A stretch of DNA of 64,000 bases from Arcobacteraceae bacterium. GTDB taxonomy: Bacteria > Campylobacterota > Campylobacteria > Campylobacterales > Arcobacteraceae. How positions within the stretch are numbered: the stretch's first letter is position 1; every line of letters starts with the position of its first letter. Positions 28,827 through 38,607 of this stretch are shown one piece after another. The notes beneath the pieces are model-generated. The model was not told the DNA's origin. It saw only the letters and a program-made list of their open reading frames with translations, and did no database searches. The translations under genes and the position numbers were made by a program. Location: positions 288,001 to 352,000 of the forward strand of contig OY759974.1 in the NCBI GenBank assembly GCA_963662945.1, in the 5' to 3' direction.

Positions 28827-29591
28827 CTATTTTAAAAAAGCTTTTTTAAAAAATGGGGAAACTTCTGATGGATTCCAAGAGAGTATTAAAGAATTTTGTT
28901 TTAAATTTCCATAGTTTTTCAAATGACCAATTATCGCATCTCCTCCAAACTTAGAATATAACTTATAGTGTTCTTCTTTAATACCTAAGAAAGTCATATC
29001 AATTTCATTATTGATAAAAATCATATGAATTGCTGCCATAATATTTTTAAACTCTAAACTTAAACCTTGAGTTTCTTTATATACAATAAGTCTTGAAAGC
29101 TCTCCAATTATATTATATTTTTGTCTTTGTTCATCAAAAGAAAACTTATCTTCAGATGGTAATTTATTTGGAGAATCAAATATTAATCGTGTTGTTCCTG
29201 TAACTTTTTTCTCAGTTTTATATAATATTATGGCTGCATTTGTATCATATAGATCAAAATTTAATCCACAAATTGTATCTGGAAACTCTTTTTGATAATT
29301 TAAACTGCTATAAACATCACTTCTAAGTTTAAATACTTCAATAATATTTTCTGCTGTTGTTGCTAATTGAAGACTTTTATTTTCATTTGGAAATACTAAA
29401 TTTTTATTAAAACTAATAGTTTCATCTATAGTTTTTTCTAAAAATATTCTTTTTTTAAATAACTCTAATGCCTCTTTTTGTTGATTATTAAAACTCTCTG
29501 GCATATAACTTAGTGTTTTAGAGATATTATTTTCTACAAGTTTTTGTAAAACCTCCAGTGAATTATTTTTGTTTATGTTTACTTTAAACAT
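28827..29591 (-). CDS. FeeM-like N-acyl amino acid synthase (AHL-synthase/GNAT fold)
   Basis: VFKLRSDVY..NFDLYD..GTTRLIFDS..LPS..GELSRL pattern typical of NAS/LuxI-fold acyltransferases. Confidence 0.7.
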   Translation of the reverse strand: MFKVNINKNNSLEVLQKLVENNISKTLSYMPESFNNQQKEALELFKKRIFLEKTIDETISFNKNLVFPNENKSLQLATTAENIIEVFKLRSDVYSSLNYQKEFPDTICGLNFDLYDTNAAIILYKTEKKVTGTTRLIFDSPNKLPSEDKFSFDEQRQKYNIIGELSRLIVYKETQGLSLEFKNIMAAIHMIFINNEIDMTFLGIKEEHYKLYSKFGGDAIIGHLKNYGNLKQNSLILSWNPSEVSPFFKKAFLK

Positions 29592-29648
29592 GATTTATCC
29601 TTTGTGTTAATTTGGATAATCATTGTACTAAAGGGTTTAGTTTAAAAT

Positions 29649-29663
29649 GTCACATATTTTAAG
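29649..29663 (-). promoter_or_regulatory. GTCACAT-N4-TAAG box (plus strand) upstream of the synthase
   Basis: 21 nt from a TACAAT -10 box at 29622-29627; GTCACATATTT recurs at 29757-29767. Confidence 0.55.
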
Positions 29664-29783
29664 ATTATTTTAAGAAAATAGGAATTTTAATATATTGATA
29701 TTAAAAGGATTATAGGGATAAATGAAAAATTTAAAGAGAAAAATGAAAAATGAAAAGTCACATATTTAAATAAAATATATAAC

Positions 29784-30473
29784 TTATTTTAAAGATGATA
29801 ATTGATATCCATTAGAATAAGCAACTTGTATGATATTACATCCAAGTTTTGATTTTAATCTATATACAAGAGTTCGAAGAGAACTATTAGATGGTGCATT
29901 ATCTGCCCATAACCTATGTTCTAATTTTTCACTTGAAACTACCGTACCATTGGCTTCTGTCAAAATACCTAATAATTGTCGCTCTTTGAGTCCAAGTTTA
30001 ATATGTTTGCTTTTATAATACAATTTACTATTTTTTAAATCAAAGTAATAACCAAAACCAATATAAATATGATCTTGATTTATGGTTTCATATTCTAATT
30101 TGTTAATCTTATAAAGAGCAAGCATAATAGTTGTTTTTAGTTCTTCTCTTTTAAAAGGTTTTACAAGATATCCAACAGGATCTGTAGCAAAAGCTTTCTC
30201 CATAGTATCGTCATCAGAAAATGAAGTAAGATAGAGTATAGGGATATTATATCTTACTTTTATTTCATTGGCTAATTCTATTCCATTTCTACTTTTACCA
30301 AGGTCTATATCCATCATTGTTATATCTGGTTTGTTTTGTGCAATACTAATTAAAGCGTCATTATATGAGGAAACTGTATTGGTAACTTCAAAATCTAATT
30401 TCTTTAGTGCACTTTTTAAATCAGCTGCAGTTATTGGGTTATCTTCTACAATAAGAACTTTAGCTTTAATCAT
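29784..30473 (-). CDS. Response regulator (REC plus winged-helix DNA-binding domain)
   Basis: VED, MDI, KPF; C-terminal LRTLVYRLKSKL..GY. Confidence 0.9.
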   Translation of the reverse strand: MIKAKVLIVEDNPITAADLKSALKKLDFEVTNTVSSYNDALISIAQNKPDITMMDIDLGKSRNGIELANEIKVRYNIPILYLTSFSDDDTMEKAFATDPVGYLVKPFKREELKTTIMLALYKINKLEYETINQDHIYIGFGYYFDLKNSKLYYKSKHIKLGLKERQLLGILTEANGTVVSSEKLEHRLWADNAPSNSSLRTLVYRLKSKLGCNIIQVAYSNGYQLSSLK

Positions 30474-32307
30474 TTTCTCTCCATATTATTGTATTTTTTA
30501 CTCCATCTTTTATTGTTATAAGAATCTCTCCTCTAAGATGATCTTGTACAAGAGTTTTTACAAGTATAAGACCAAAAGAATGTTTTACAGTATTTGGATC
30601 GTAACCTTTCCCATTATCTTCTATACTAAGATAAAAAGTATTTTGAACTTTATGAAGTTTTACTATAATTTTTCCAATATCTTCTTCAAATGCATATTTA
30701 AATGAATTTGTTATCAATTCATTTAATATTAAACCACATGAGATAGCCGTTTCAACCTCTAACTTTACATCTATATCATAAAGAATATCAATCTCATTTT
30801 CGAAACTATCTTGCAACCCCATAATCAAATTATCAAAATATTCATGAGCATTAATATGAGAAATATCATGTTGCTTATAAAGTAATTCATGTAAATGACT
30901 CATAGCATTTATTCTATTTTGAATAGTTGTAAAAGTATTTTGCATCTCTTCATCACTTACTTCATCTGCTTGAAGTCGTATTAGAGATATGATAGTTTGC
31001 ATATTGTTTTTTACACGATGATTTAACTCTTTTAATAGAGTTGTTTGTTGATTTAATGATTCTTGTAGTTTTTTTGTTTTTTCTTTTACTTCAATACTCA
31101 ATCTTTCATTTTCTGTTTCTTGTTGAATTATGAGTTTTTTATCTGCAATATTTTTCTCATATTGTAGATTATTGATTTTATCTGCTAATGCTATAGAAAA
31201 AAGTAATGCTTCAGAGATAAATGTTAATTCAACAATATATGGAAAATATTGATAAATATTAAGTATACCTGTACTTGATAAATACATAGTAATACCACCA
31301 ATAAAAACAATTAACCAACCACCTAATATAAAATAAGCTTGTCTATTTTTTTTAAATGAAGCATATATAACTAACATAATTAAATATATTAGTAATACTA
31401 TAGATAATAAATTTCTATATTTATGTCCATGCTCAAGTATCATAAATAATAAAACAGTTATAGGTATCAAAAAGATGAGTATATTTAAGATTTTATTCCA
31501 AATTGGATATTGTATAGTTTTAATAAAAGTTTTTGAAAAAAGTGCTAAAAAGAAGACTGGTAATGCTATAAATATAGCAGCATATTGTACAGAATAAATT
31601 AACCATTCATTTTTAATTAAATAAATATGTGCCATACCTGTATACATCAAATGATGTATACTTATACCAACAAGATATAATACATAATAAAGATAACTTA
31701 TATCTTTCGTAAAAAAGTATATAAATATATTGTAAAAGGCTAAGATAAACATCGCTCCAAAAAATAGTTGTAATATAGACTGATGTTTTAACTCTTTATT
31801 ATAAAACTCCTGTATATCCCAAAGGTTTAATTGAACAATGAGGGTTGTAATATATGAAGATGCCTTTATATAATAAATTTTAGTTTCATTTGGTTCCAGT
31901 AAAATCTCAAAATATGGATTGAGTGTTTTTCTACTCTTATTTATTTGAAGAAGACCATCTTTATAGGCACTTTTTGTTGAGATTTCAAAAAAATTAATAT
32001 GTGTGGTCAAAGGATTTGCATACTCAATAATTTTTTCTATAACTTTATCACTTTGATTATGAAGTGTAAATTTTATCCACACATCAAAATCTGGGGAATA
32101 TCCAAAAGACAATCTCGATTGAGTGATTGTTTTAAACTCTATATCTTTTTCTTGAATATCTTCAATTGTCAGTGATTTAGTATTATCCTCATATATAAAT
32201 GACTGTGATAATAACTCAATATTAGAACTCTTTTCATTGATTATTATAGGTGTTGCTTGAATAATAGTTGTAAGTAATATAAAAAATAGTAATTTTATTT
32301 TTATCAT
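30466..32307 (-). CDS. 7TM-DISM sensor histidine kinase (7TMR-DISMED2, 7TM, HisKA_2, HATPase)
   Basis: SFGYSPDFDVWIKF extracellular domain, 7 TM helices, ELNHRVKNNMQ, NELITNSFKYAF, DNGKG. ATG at 32307 with a signal peptide is preferred over GTG at 32358. Confidence 0.9.
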   Translation of the reverse strand: MIKIKLLFFILLTTIIQATPIIINEKSSNIELLSQSFIYEDNTKSLTIEDIQEKDIEFKTITQSRLSFGYSPDFDVWIKFTLHNQSDKVIEKIIEYANPLTTHINFFEISTKSAYKDGLLQINKSRKTLNPYFEILLEPNETKIYYIKASSYITTLIVQLNLWDIQEFYNKELKHQSILQLFFGAMFILAFYNIFIYFFTKDISYLYYVLYLVGISIHHLMYTGMAHIYLIKNEWLIYSVQYAAIFIALPVFFLALFSKTFIKTIQYPIWNKILNILIFLIPITVLLFMILEHGHKYRNLLSIVLLIYLIMLVIYASFKKNRQAYFILGGWLIVFIGGITMYLSSTGILNIYQYFPYIVELTFISEALLFSIALADKINNLQYEKNIADKKLIIQQETENERLSIEVKEKTKKLQESLNQQTTLLKELNHRVKNNMQTIISLIRLQADEVSDEEMQNTFTTIQNRINAMSHLHELLYKQHDISHINAHEYFDNLIMGLQDSFENEIDILYDIDVKLEVETAISCGLILNELITNSFKYAFEEDIGKIIVKLHKVQNTFYLSIEDNGKGYDPNTVKHSFGLILVKTLVQDHLRGEILITIKDGVKNTIIWREND

Positions 32308-32353
32308 CGGTAGTTTTCCATGATGTATTTTATCAAAATTTCTTGAATACTTT

Positions 32354-32368
32354 GTCACATCAAATAAG
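32354..32368 (-). promoter_or_regulatory. GTCACAT-N4-TAAG box upstream of the kinase-regulator operon
   Basis: 21 nt from a TAAAAT -10 box at 32327-32332, the same spacing as at the synthase. Confidence 0.55.
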
Positions 32369-32404
32369 TTTTGTTTAATTTTATTTGATGTCTATAATAA
32401 TCTA

Positions 32405-33940
32405 TTATTTATATAAAACTCTTACAATACCAAAAATAAATAGTACTATTGCTATATTGTCATAATCTGAACTAAGCATAAGTAAAAAAAATCCACCAAG
32501 CATAAAACTAAATCCATTTATAATCGGTTTTATATAGCTTTTTAACTCTTTTGAGATATATTCAAGTTGTCCTTTTGAGAGTTCAACTTCAAGAGTACCT
32601 TCACTTGCTTTTTTTATGACTGTTTTAAAATCTTTTACAATAAATGGTATATCTTTTATCTCTTGTTGTAAAGTTTCTAAAATACTTTCTTTTGCTCCCA
32701 ATGCCTTTGGGATATTTTTTTGTAAAATTGGTAATATATCTTTAATCCCATTGAAATTTTCAATATAGGTTGTTCCAAGTCCCTCAATTATAGCACTCAC
32801 ACGAAGTATATAAATAGCATCACTAGGGAGTTTAAAAGGGAAATCTCTTGTCGTTTCAAGTACTTCAAATGCCAACTCTTGCATAGATTCGTTTGTGAGA
32901 TTTTCATTTGAAAATATCTCAAACATCTTCGCTGTAAAGGTTGCTAATTCACCTAACGGTGCTTCATAGCTAATAGTTCCCAAGCGTTTATTTGCACTAA
33001 TATATGCTTCATAGTCTTGTTCATTTGCAGCTTTTAAAAGTTCTATTATTGCTATTCTTGTCTCATTTGGTACAGTTTTCACCATTCCAAAATCTAAAAA
33101 AACCAATCTAGATTCTTTTGTGATAAGGATATTTCCAGGATGTGGGTCTGCATGGAAATATCCATTGATAAGCATCTGTGTAGTATAAAAATTTACAAGT
33201 TCAGAGATAATAGCTTTAAAATCAATATTGTTTTTAAGAATATTTTCTTTGTCATCAAATCTATATCCCTCTTCAAAACTCATAACTATAGCATCTCTAC
33301 TACAAAACTGTTCATAAGGGGTAGGAAAGATTATATTGCTATTTTTGTAAGTATTAGCAAATTTTTTGAGATTGGATAATTCTATTGAGAGATTTACCTC
33401 TTGTAAAATCATCTTTGAAAATTCACTTATCACTGCATCAATTGAATTTTTTGTATAAAATGAAAAAAATGGTTTGAAAATTTTATTGAAATAATTAATG
33501 ATTCTTATATCTGCTACAACTTGCTCTTTGATCCCATATCTTTTGAGTTTTACAGCTACTTTAGTTCCATCTTGTAAGTAAGCACTATGTACTTGTCCTA
33601 TAGAAGCAGATGCTATAGGACTAGAATCAAAACTTTTAAAAATATCCTCTTTGAAACAGCTATGATAAACACTATCAAAGTGCTCTTTTTTCATAGCTGG
33701 TAGTTGGTCATGAAGCTCTTTTAACTCCACAAGATATTCTTGTGAAAAGAAATCTGCTCTTGTGGCTAAAACTTGTGCTAATTTAATAAAACTAGCTCCA
33801 AGCATTATGATAGTAATTTTTAGTTTTTTTGGTTTTAATGGCTTAAAAAAAAGAAAACTCTCTTTTTTCTTAATCACCATAAAAAGTGTCAGTAAAAAAG
33901 TAAAAACGCGATAAACTCTTAGTGGAGAATAAAATTTCAT
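32405..33940 (-). CDS. AarF/UbiB (ABC1) family kinase
   Basis: FIKLAQ, ASASIGQVH, VAVK, HADPHPGN, DFG. Confidence 0.92.
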   Translation of the reverse strand: MKFYSPLRVYRVFTFLLTLFMVIKKKESFLFFKPLKPKKLKITIIMLGASFIKLAQVLATRADFFSQEYLVELKELHDQLPAMKKEHFDSVYHSCFKEDIFKSFDSSPIASASIGQVHSAYLQDGTKVAVKLKRYGIKEQVVADIRIINYFNKIFKPFFSFYTKNSIDAVISEFSKMILQEVNLSIELSNLKKFANTYKNSNIIFPTPYEQFCSRDAIVMSFEEGYRFDDKENILKNNIDFKAIISELVNFYTTQMLINGYFHADPHPGNILITKESRLVFLDFGMVKTVPNETRIAIIELLKAANEQDYEAYISANKRLGTISYEAPLGELATFTAKMFEIFSNENLTNESMQELAFEVLETTRDFPFKLPSDAIYILRVSAIIEGLGTTYIENFNGIKDILPILQKNIPKALGAKESILETLQQEIKDIPFIVKDFKTVIKKASEGTLEVELSKGQLEYISKELKSYIKPIINGFSFMLGGFFLLMLSSDYDNIAIVLFIFGIVRVLYK

Positions 33941-34200
33941 TTTAACTCTTGTTTGAGTTTCTCTAAATCCTCTTTTGTTGCAAGACCTAGTTCATCTATA
34001 ATCTCTTTTAGTGTAGTTTTTATCTTTTCTTTTATTTTGTCATCTTCCTCTTTCCCTTTGGCTTCAATTGATTTTAGAAAAGATTTTGCATCATCTTTTT
34101 TAATTTTCCCTTTCTCTTCAAGTTTTGAAAGTTCATCTTCAACTTTTTCTTTGAAAACAGTAGCAAAACCTACCCCGGTATAAAGTAATTCTTGTAACAT
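33937..34200 (-). CDS. Phasin-like small protein
   Basis: LYTGVG..L..KG....A..LATKEDL pattern, as in AarF-linked phasin-like proteins. Confidence 0.65.
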   Translation of the reverse strand: MLQELLYTGVGFATVFKEKVEDELSKLEEKGKIKKDDAKSFLKSIEAKGKEEDDKIKEKIKTTLKEIIDELGLATKEDLEKLKQELK

Positions 34201-34264
34201 AATATCTCCTTTAATTTGTAATATTTTATTATTAAATTATTTTAGTATATAAAAGTTTTATTTG

Positions 34265-34284
34265 GTAGTTTTGAAATGTTAGTT
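34265..34284 (-). promoter_or_regulatory. Stress-cluster motif, copy 1 of 9
   Basis: Plus strand GTAGTTTTGAAATGTTAGTT; 20 nt from TAAAAT. Confidence 0.65.
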
Positions 34285-34294
34285 AGTGATACTT

Positions 34295-35020
34295 TTAAAA
34301 TTCACTCATATAGGTTCTATAGATTAGAGGTACCATTTGTTGTTGCAGTTTTTTATTTGTTCGTGATTCTATTGCAACACTATTAAAAAAAGTTTTCCAA
34401 AGTGTACTAAACTTCTTTTCATCATCACTCACTTTTGGTTCTTGAAAACTCGCTATCTTTTGAATCCCTGTAAAGTTATCATCTTTTATAAAAGCTATCT
34501 CTCTTTTTATATCGTGGATAATATATCTTTGGTTGTTAAATCTTGCAAGAAAATGTTTTCCTAAAAAATAAACTACATTGAATTTTGTCTCAATTTTACC
34601 ATATAAAGTTCCATCATCAAGCTCTACAAATCTTATAAATCCACTCATCTTATGATTATGACGAAAAAGTTCTTTTTGGAGATTTTGTATATTTTGTACA
34701 AACGAGATATTGATATTGGATAACTCTCTTTGATTTTTAAATCCCAAGATAATAAAGTGTAATAGATCAAGCTCAAAATATACACTATCACACATAAAGA
34801 TATTTAAAATAGTTTCAAAATTTCTTTTGGTAAATTTTGTTTTCATTGCTTCAAGTACTTTTAGGGAGTTTTGTTCATCATATTCTATAGTTACAATATC
34901 ATCTAGTATAAGTGTATCTGGTAACTCTTTGGTTATAACTAATGGTTGTATCTTTTTATAATATACCTCATGAACTAAAGATAAAAATCCTTCAAAAGTT
35001 CCATCATATACTAACGTCAT
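34295..35020 (-). CDS. TIGR03915/DUF4130 putative DNA repair protein
   Basis: YDGTFEGFL, HKMSGFIRF, HF..RF, IHD, LWKTFF. Confidence 0.88.
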   Translation of the reverse strand: MTLVYDGTFEGFLSLVHEVYYKKIQPLVITKELPDTLILDDIVTIEYDEQNSLKVLEAMKTKFTKRNFETILNIFMCDSVYFELDLLHFIILGFKNQRELSNINISFVQNIQNLQKELFRHNHKMSGFIRFVELDDGTLYGKIETKFNVVYFLGKHFLARFNNQRYIIHDIKREIAFIKDDNFTGIQKIASFQEPKVSDDEKKFSTLWKTFFNSVAIESRTNKKLQQQMVPLIYRTYMSEF

Positions 35021-36255
35021 ATCTCACCTGTAATAGCACTATAATCTAGATCAAACAAAGAGAGCTCTTTTGGTTTAGGTGGTTGTAAAAAATCTAATTT
35101 GATATTTTCTCGATACATTGGTATCTCTTTTTGATATTTTCCATTACACACTATAAAATATCGAGCTTTTTTTGTAGAAATCTTGAGTTTTTTCAGATCA
35201 TCAAATGAGAGCTTTTTAAATCTTCTAGCATTGATAATCTTATATGCACCCCTTACTCCAATCCCTGGTATTCGGATAAGTTCCTCCAAAGATACTTTGT
35301 TTATCTCCATAGGAAAGTATTGCATATTATTTAAAGCCCATACCATTTTAGGATCAAGCTCCTCATCTAGATTTGGATTCTCACTATTGAGTATCTCATC
35401 TGCTTTAAAGTTATAAAACCGCAAAAGCCAATCAGCTTGATAAAGGCGATGTTCCCTTAAAAGTGGTGGTTTACTATCTCCTATTATTGGAAGATTTTTA
35501 TCATTATTTACAGGGATATAGGCACTATAATATACCCTTTTTAATAACGCTTTGTCATACATCGCTGAACTTAAGTTGAGTATCTCCATATCTGTTTCTG
35601 GTGTGGCTCCTACTATTAGTTGTGTGGACATACCTATAGGTTTATTTGATGATTCCATACTTATTTCACGCGCTAATTTTAGGGGTTGTAGAACTTTCTC
35701 TTTTGTTTTATTTGGGGCTAAGAGTTTAAGACTTTTATCACTTGGAAGTTCTATATTTGAACTCACACGACTAGCCAGTTGAACAACTTCTTCTATCAGT
35801 CTTGCGTCACTTCCAGGTATTAGTTTTACATGGATGTAGCCATTGAACTTATACTCATGCCTTAAAATTTTTAAGGTTCGCAGGATCAGGTTCATAGTAT
35901 GGTCTTCATTATCTATAATACCACTACTTAAAAAAAGTCCCTCTATATAATTTCTCTTATAAAAGTTTATAGTAATATCTGCTAACTCTCTTGGAGCAAA
36001 GGCCGCTCTTGGAATATCATTTGATTCTCGATTTATACAATAAGCACAATCATAGATACAAAAATTTGTAAGTAGTACCTTTAGAAGCGATACACATCTT
36101 CCATCAGCTGTAAAAGTGTGACAGATACCACTGTTGTGTGTAGCTCCTAGCTCTCCTGTTTTGTAGTTATTTTCTGTACCACTTGAACTACAACTCACAT
36201 CATACTTAGCACTATCACTTAAGATTTTCATCTTATCATATATATCTTTTCTCAT
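35017..36255 (-). CDS. Putative DNA modification/repair radical SAM protein (TIGR03916)
   Basis: AKYDVSCSSSG, CIYDCAYC, REHRLYQADWL, HhH IPGIG. Confidence 0.93.
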   Translation of the reverse strand: MRKDIYDKMKILSDSAKYDVSCSSSGTENNYKTGELGATHNSGICHTFTADGRCVSLLKVLLTNFCIYDCAYCINRESNDIPRAAFAPRELADITINFYKRNYIEGLFLSSGIIDNEDHTMNLILRTLKILRHEYKFNGYIHVKLIPGSDARLIEEVVQLASRVSSNIELPSDKSLKLLAPNKTKEKVLQPLKLAREISMESSNKPIGMSTQLIVGATPETDMEILNLSSAMYDKALLKRVYYSAYIPVNNDKNLPIIGDSKPPLLREHRLYQADWLLRFYNFKADEILNSENPNLDEELDPKMVWALNNMQYFPMEINKVSLEELIRIPGIGVRGAYKIINARRFKKLSFDDLKKLKISTKKARYFIVCNGKYQKEIPMYRENIKLDFLQPPKPKELSLFDLDYSAITGEI

Positions 36256-36280
36256 AAGGGTATTTTAGCTTGTTTTTTTC

Positions 36281-36302
36281 TTGCTATTAAAATATATTGC
36301 AA
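36281..36302. promoter_or_regulatory. Imperfect palindrome over the -35 region of the radical SAM promoter
   Basis: TTGCTAT-N8-ATTGCAA; TAAAAT -10 box at 36262-36267, 6 nt from the ATG. Confidence 0.45.
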
Positions 36303-36311
36303 ATTGACAGA

Positions 36312-36521
36312 TTATTTGTTTGGTAAAGTATTTATCACTACTTTTTCACCATCTACCACATATTCAAACTTATGTTTTTTACAAAACTTTTCATCACCTT
36401 GTACGCACATATTTTGCGCTATTTCAAAAGCTTCTTCTATAGTATCAAAACAAAGCTCTTTTGTCCAAGATTTTCTTTTTTTTCCACAACTACACATATT
36501 GTTTATCTCTATTTTTGTCAT
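36312..36521 (-). CDS. Small Cys-rich hypothetical protein
   Basis: CSC...C...FCKKH; GAGG RBS. Confidence 0.75.
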   Translation of the reverse strand: MTKIEINNMCSCGKKRKSWTKELCFDTIEEAFEIAQNMCVQGDEKFCKKHKFEYVVDGEKVVINTLPNK

Positions 36522-36575
36522 TAGGTTTCCTCGTATAATAAATTTTTGAATAATACGATAAGTTTTGGATTTTTT

Positions 36576-36595
36576 GTATATTTAAAATGTTAGTT
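36576..36595 (-). promoter_or_regulatory. Stress-cluster motif, copy 2
   Basis: GTATATTTAAAATGTTAGTT; 20 nt from TATTAT. Confidence 0.65.
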
Positions 36596-36653
36596 TGGTA
36601 CTATAAAAATATCTTCATAGAGTTTATGAGAATTATTTTCACATAAGTACACA

Positions 36654-37100
36654 CTATCTCTTTTCAAGTAATAATTTGGTTTGTTTATGGCGATAGGTAA
36701 ACATATTTTCTATATCTTTTTTGATTAAAGGTGCGATTATTTTTCCAAATATCCCAAAAGGTAGTTGATATTTTATAGCATCTTTAAGTTCACACATACT
36801 TCCTTTTTGTGTAAAGATATGTTGATGTTCCCAAAATGGAAAGGGAGACTTAATAGCCACATCAACCATCAAGTTTGGGTATTGGTATTTTTCGATTTTT
36901 ACTATCCAATTTATGGGGACAAAAGCTCTTGTGGTTTTTAACTTTATTACTTTTCCCTCATAGGTTTTTTCTTCATAATCTAAGAGTTCAACTTTTGTAT
37001 GTTTTGGTGTTATAAGTTTAATATTATTGGTATCTAGATGAAAATTAAAAAGCTCCTCTAAAGTACAATTTATAAGTATAGATTGTGTAATAGTTTCCAT
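36654..37100 (-). CDS. SRPBCC family protein
   Basis: LFNFH..N+..ITP, SPFPFWEHQHIF, MFTYRH. Confidence 0.88.
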   Translation of the reverse strand: METITQSILINCTLEELFNFHLDTNNIKLITPKHTKVELLDYEEKTYEGKVIKLKTTRAFVPINWIVKIEKYQYPNLMVDVAIKSPFPFWEHQHIFTQKGSMCELKDAIKYQLPFGIFGKIIAPLIKKDIENMFTYRHKQTKLLLEKR

Positions 37101-37101
37101 G

Positions 37102-37638
37102 TTACTTCAATAACTCTACAATATCTTGTTCAATTTGTTGTGGTGTAGTAGATGGGGCATATCTTTTGATAACTTTTCCATTTTTATCAACTAAAAATTT
37201 TGTAAAATTCCATTTAATAATATCTGTTCCCATAAAACCTTGAGAATTGTTTTTTAAATACTTATAAAGCTCGTGAGTATTTTCACCATTTACATCTATT
37301 TTACTAAACATATCAAATTTTACACCATAGGTTAAACTACAAAACTCTTTTATCTCATTTTCTGTTCCTGGTTCTTGTGCTAAGAATTGATTACATGGAA
37401 ATCCTAATATTGCTAAGCCCTTATCTGCATAGTTTTCATGTAGTTTCTCAAGCCCCTCATATTGTCCTGTAAATCCACACTTACTAGCTACATTTACTAT
37501 TAACATCACTTTATTTTTATACTTTTCTAAAGTAAACTCAGCCCCATTTATATCTTTTACTTTTATATCATATATACTCATACTCTGACCTCCTAGTAAT
37601 ATATTTATTACCAATATTATTGTAACGATTATTTTCAT
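37102..37638 (-). CDS. Glutathione peroxidase family protein
   Basis: VNVASKCGFT, GFPCNQF, KWNFTKFL. Confidence 0.95.
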   Translation of the reverse strand: MKIIVTIILVINILLGGQSMSIYDIKVKDINGAEFTLEKYKNKVMLIVNVASKCGFTGQYEGLEKLHENYADKGLAILGFPCNQFLAQEPGTENEIKEFCSLTYGVKFDMFSKIDVNGENTHELYKYLKNNSQGFMGTDIIKWNFTKFLVDKNGKVIKRYAPSTTPQQIEQDIVELLK

Positions 37639-37654
37639 CTTTTTTCCTTTTACT

Positions 37655-38296
37655 TTATGGCTCTAACCTGTGTATATCCCAATTATTATCATCTTGTAAA
37701 GTGTACTTAAATCTATCATGAAGTCTATCTTTCCCACCTTGCCAAAACTCAAAAAGTGTAGGTTTTATAATATATCCACCCCATTTATCTGGAAATGGAA
37801 TCTCTCCTTTTGCAAATTTTTTTCTTATTTGATCAAATTTTTGCTCTAGGATACTTCGTGAACTAACAACTTCACTTTGATGAGATACCCAAGCTCCTAT
37901 TTGACTTCCTCGTGGACGACTTAAAAAATATTTTAAAGATTCAGTTTTACTTATCTCTTCAATTGTACCCTCAATGCGAAGCTGTCTTTCAAGTCCAAGC
38001 CAAGCAAAGTGAGCTGCAACAAAGTTATTTTGTGATATTTGTTGTGACTTTTTACTTCCATAGTTTGAAAAAAATACAAAACCACTTTCATCATATCTTT
38101 TTAATAAAACTGTTCTTTGACTTGGTTTTAAATCAGTTCCAACTGTAGCTAGAGTAAAGGCATTTGGTTCAATAAGTTTTGCTTCAACTGCTTGATTAAA
38201 CCACAATTCAAATTGTCCAAATGGGTTGTTATCTAAATCTTCTCTATGAAGTCCTTTTGTTGTATATTCTTGTCTCATTGTTGTTAAATCTGCCAT
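37655..38296 (-). CDS. pdxH: Pyridoxamine 5'-phosphate oxidase
   Basis: RTVLLK, SRPRGSQIGAW, EFWQG..RLHDR. Confidence 0.95.
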   Translation of the reverse strand: MADLTTMRQEYTTKGLHREDLDNNPFGQFELWFNQAVEAKLIEPNAFTLATVGTDLKPSQRTVLLKRYDESGFVFFSNYGSKKSQQISQNNFVAAHFAWLGLERQLRIEGTIEEISKTESLKYFLSRPRGSQIGAWVSHQSEVVSSRSILEQKFDQIRKKFAKGEIPFPDKWGGYIIKPTLFEFWQGGKDRLHDRFKYTLQDDNNWDIHRLEP

Positions 38297-38308
38297 CTTT
38301 TTTCCTTT

Positions 38309-38593
38309 TTACCAAGGACCTTGAAACCTATTTGGTTTATGGTCACATTTTTTGATATGTTTTGTAACTCTACTCTGAACCCTTTTTCTCCACCTATCAT
38401 AAGCTTTTTTGCTTATAAGTTTTCTCATTTTGTTTTTTACTTGGTTTTCAGTTAAACCATATTGTGCATATATTATATCAAATGGCAACCTATCTTGCCA
38501 AGCCATTTCGATGAGTCGATTTTCATCAAACTCCTCGAAAGTCAAGTCTCTTTGTTTTATAGGTTTTAGTTTTTCTTTTCTTTTGTAGTTCAT
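38309..38593 (-). CDS. TIGR03643/DUF2805 family protein
   Basis: IEMAWQDRLPF..QYGL.E..V...MR..WRKRV. Confidence 0.85.
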   Translation of the reverse strand: MNYKRKEKLKPIKQRDLTFEEFDENRLIEMAWQDRLPFDIIYAQYGLTENQVKNKMRKLISKKAYDRWRKRVQSRVTKHIKKCDHKPNRFQGPW

Positions 38594-38607
38594 TGATAAT
38601 TCTTTTA

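Noticed and set aside
32308-32358. GTG start of the 7TM-DISM kinase given in the ORF track
   Set aside because: Overlaps the promoter box; the ATG at 32307 begins a proper signal peptide.
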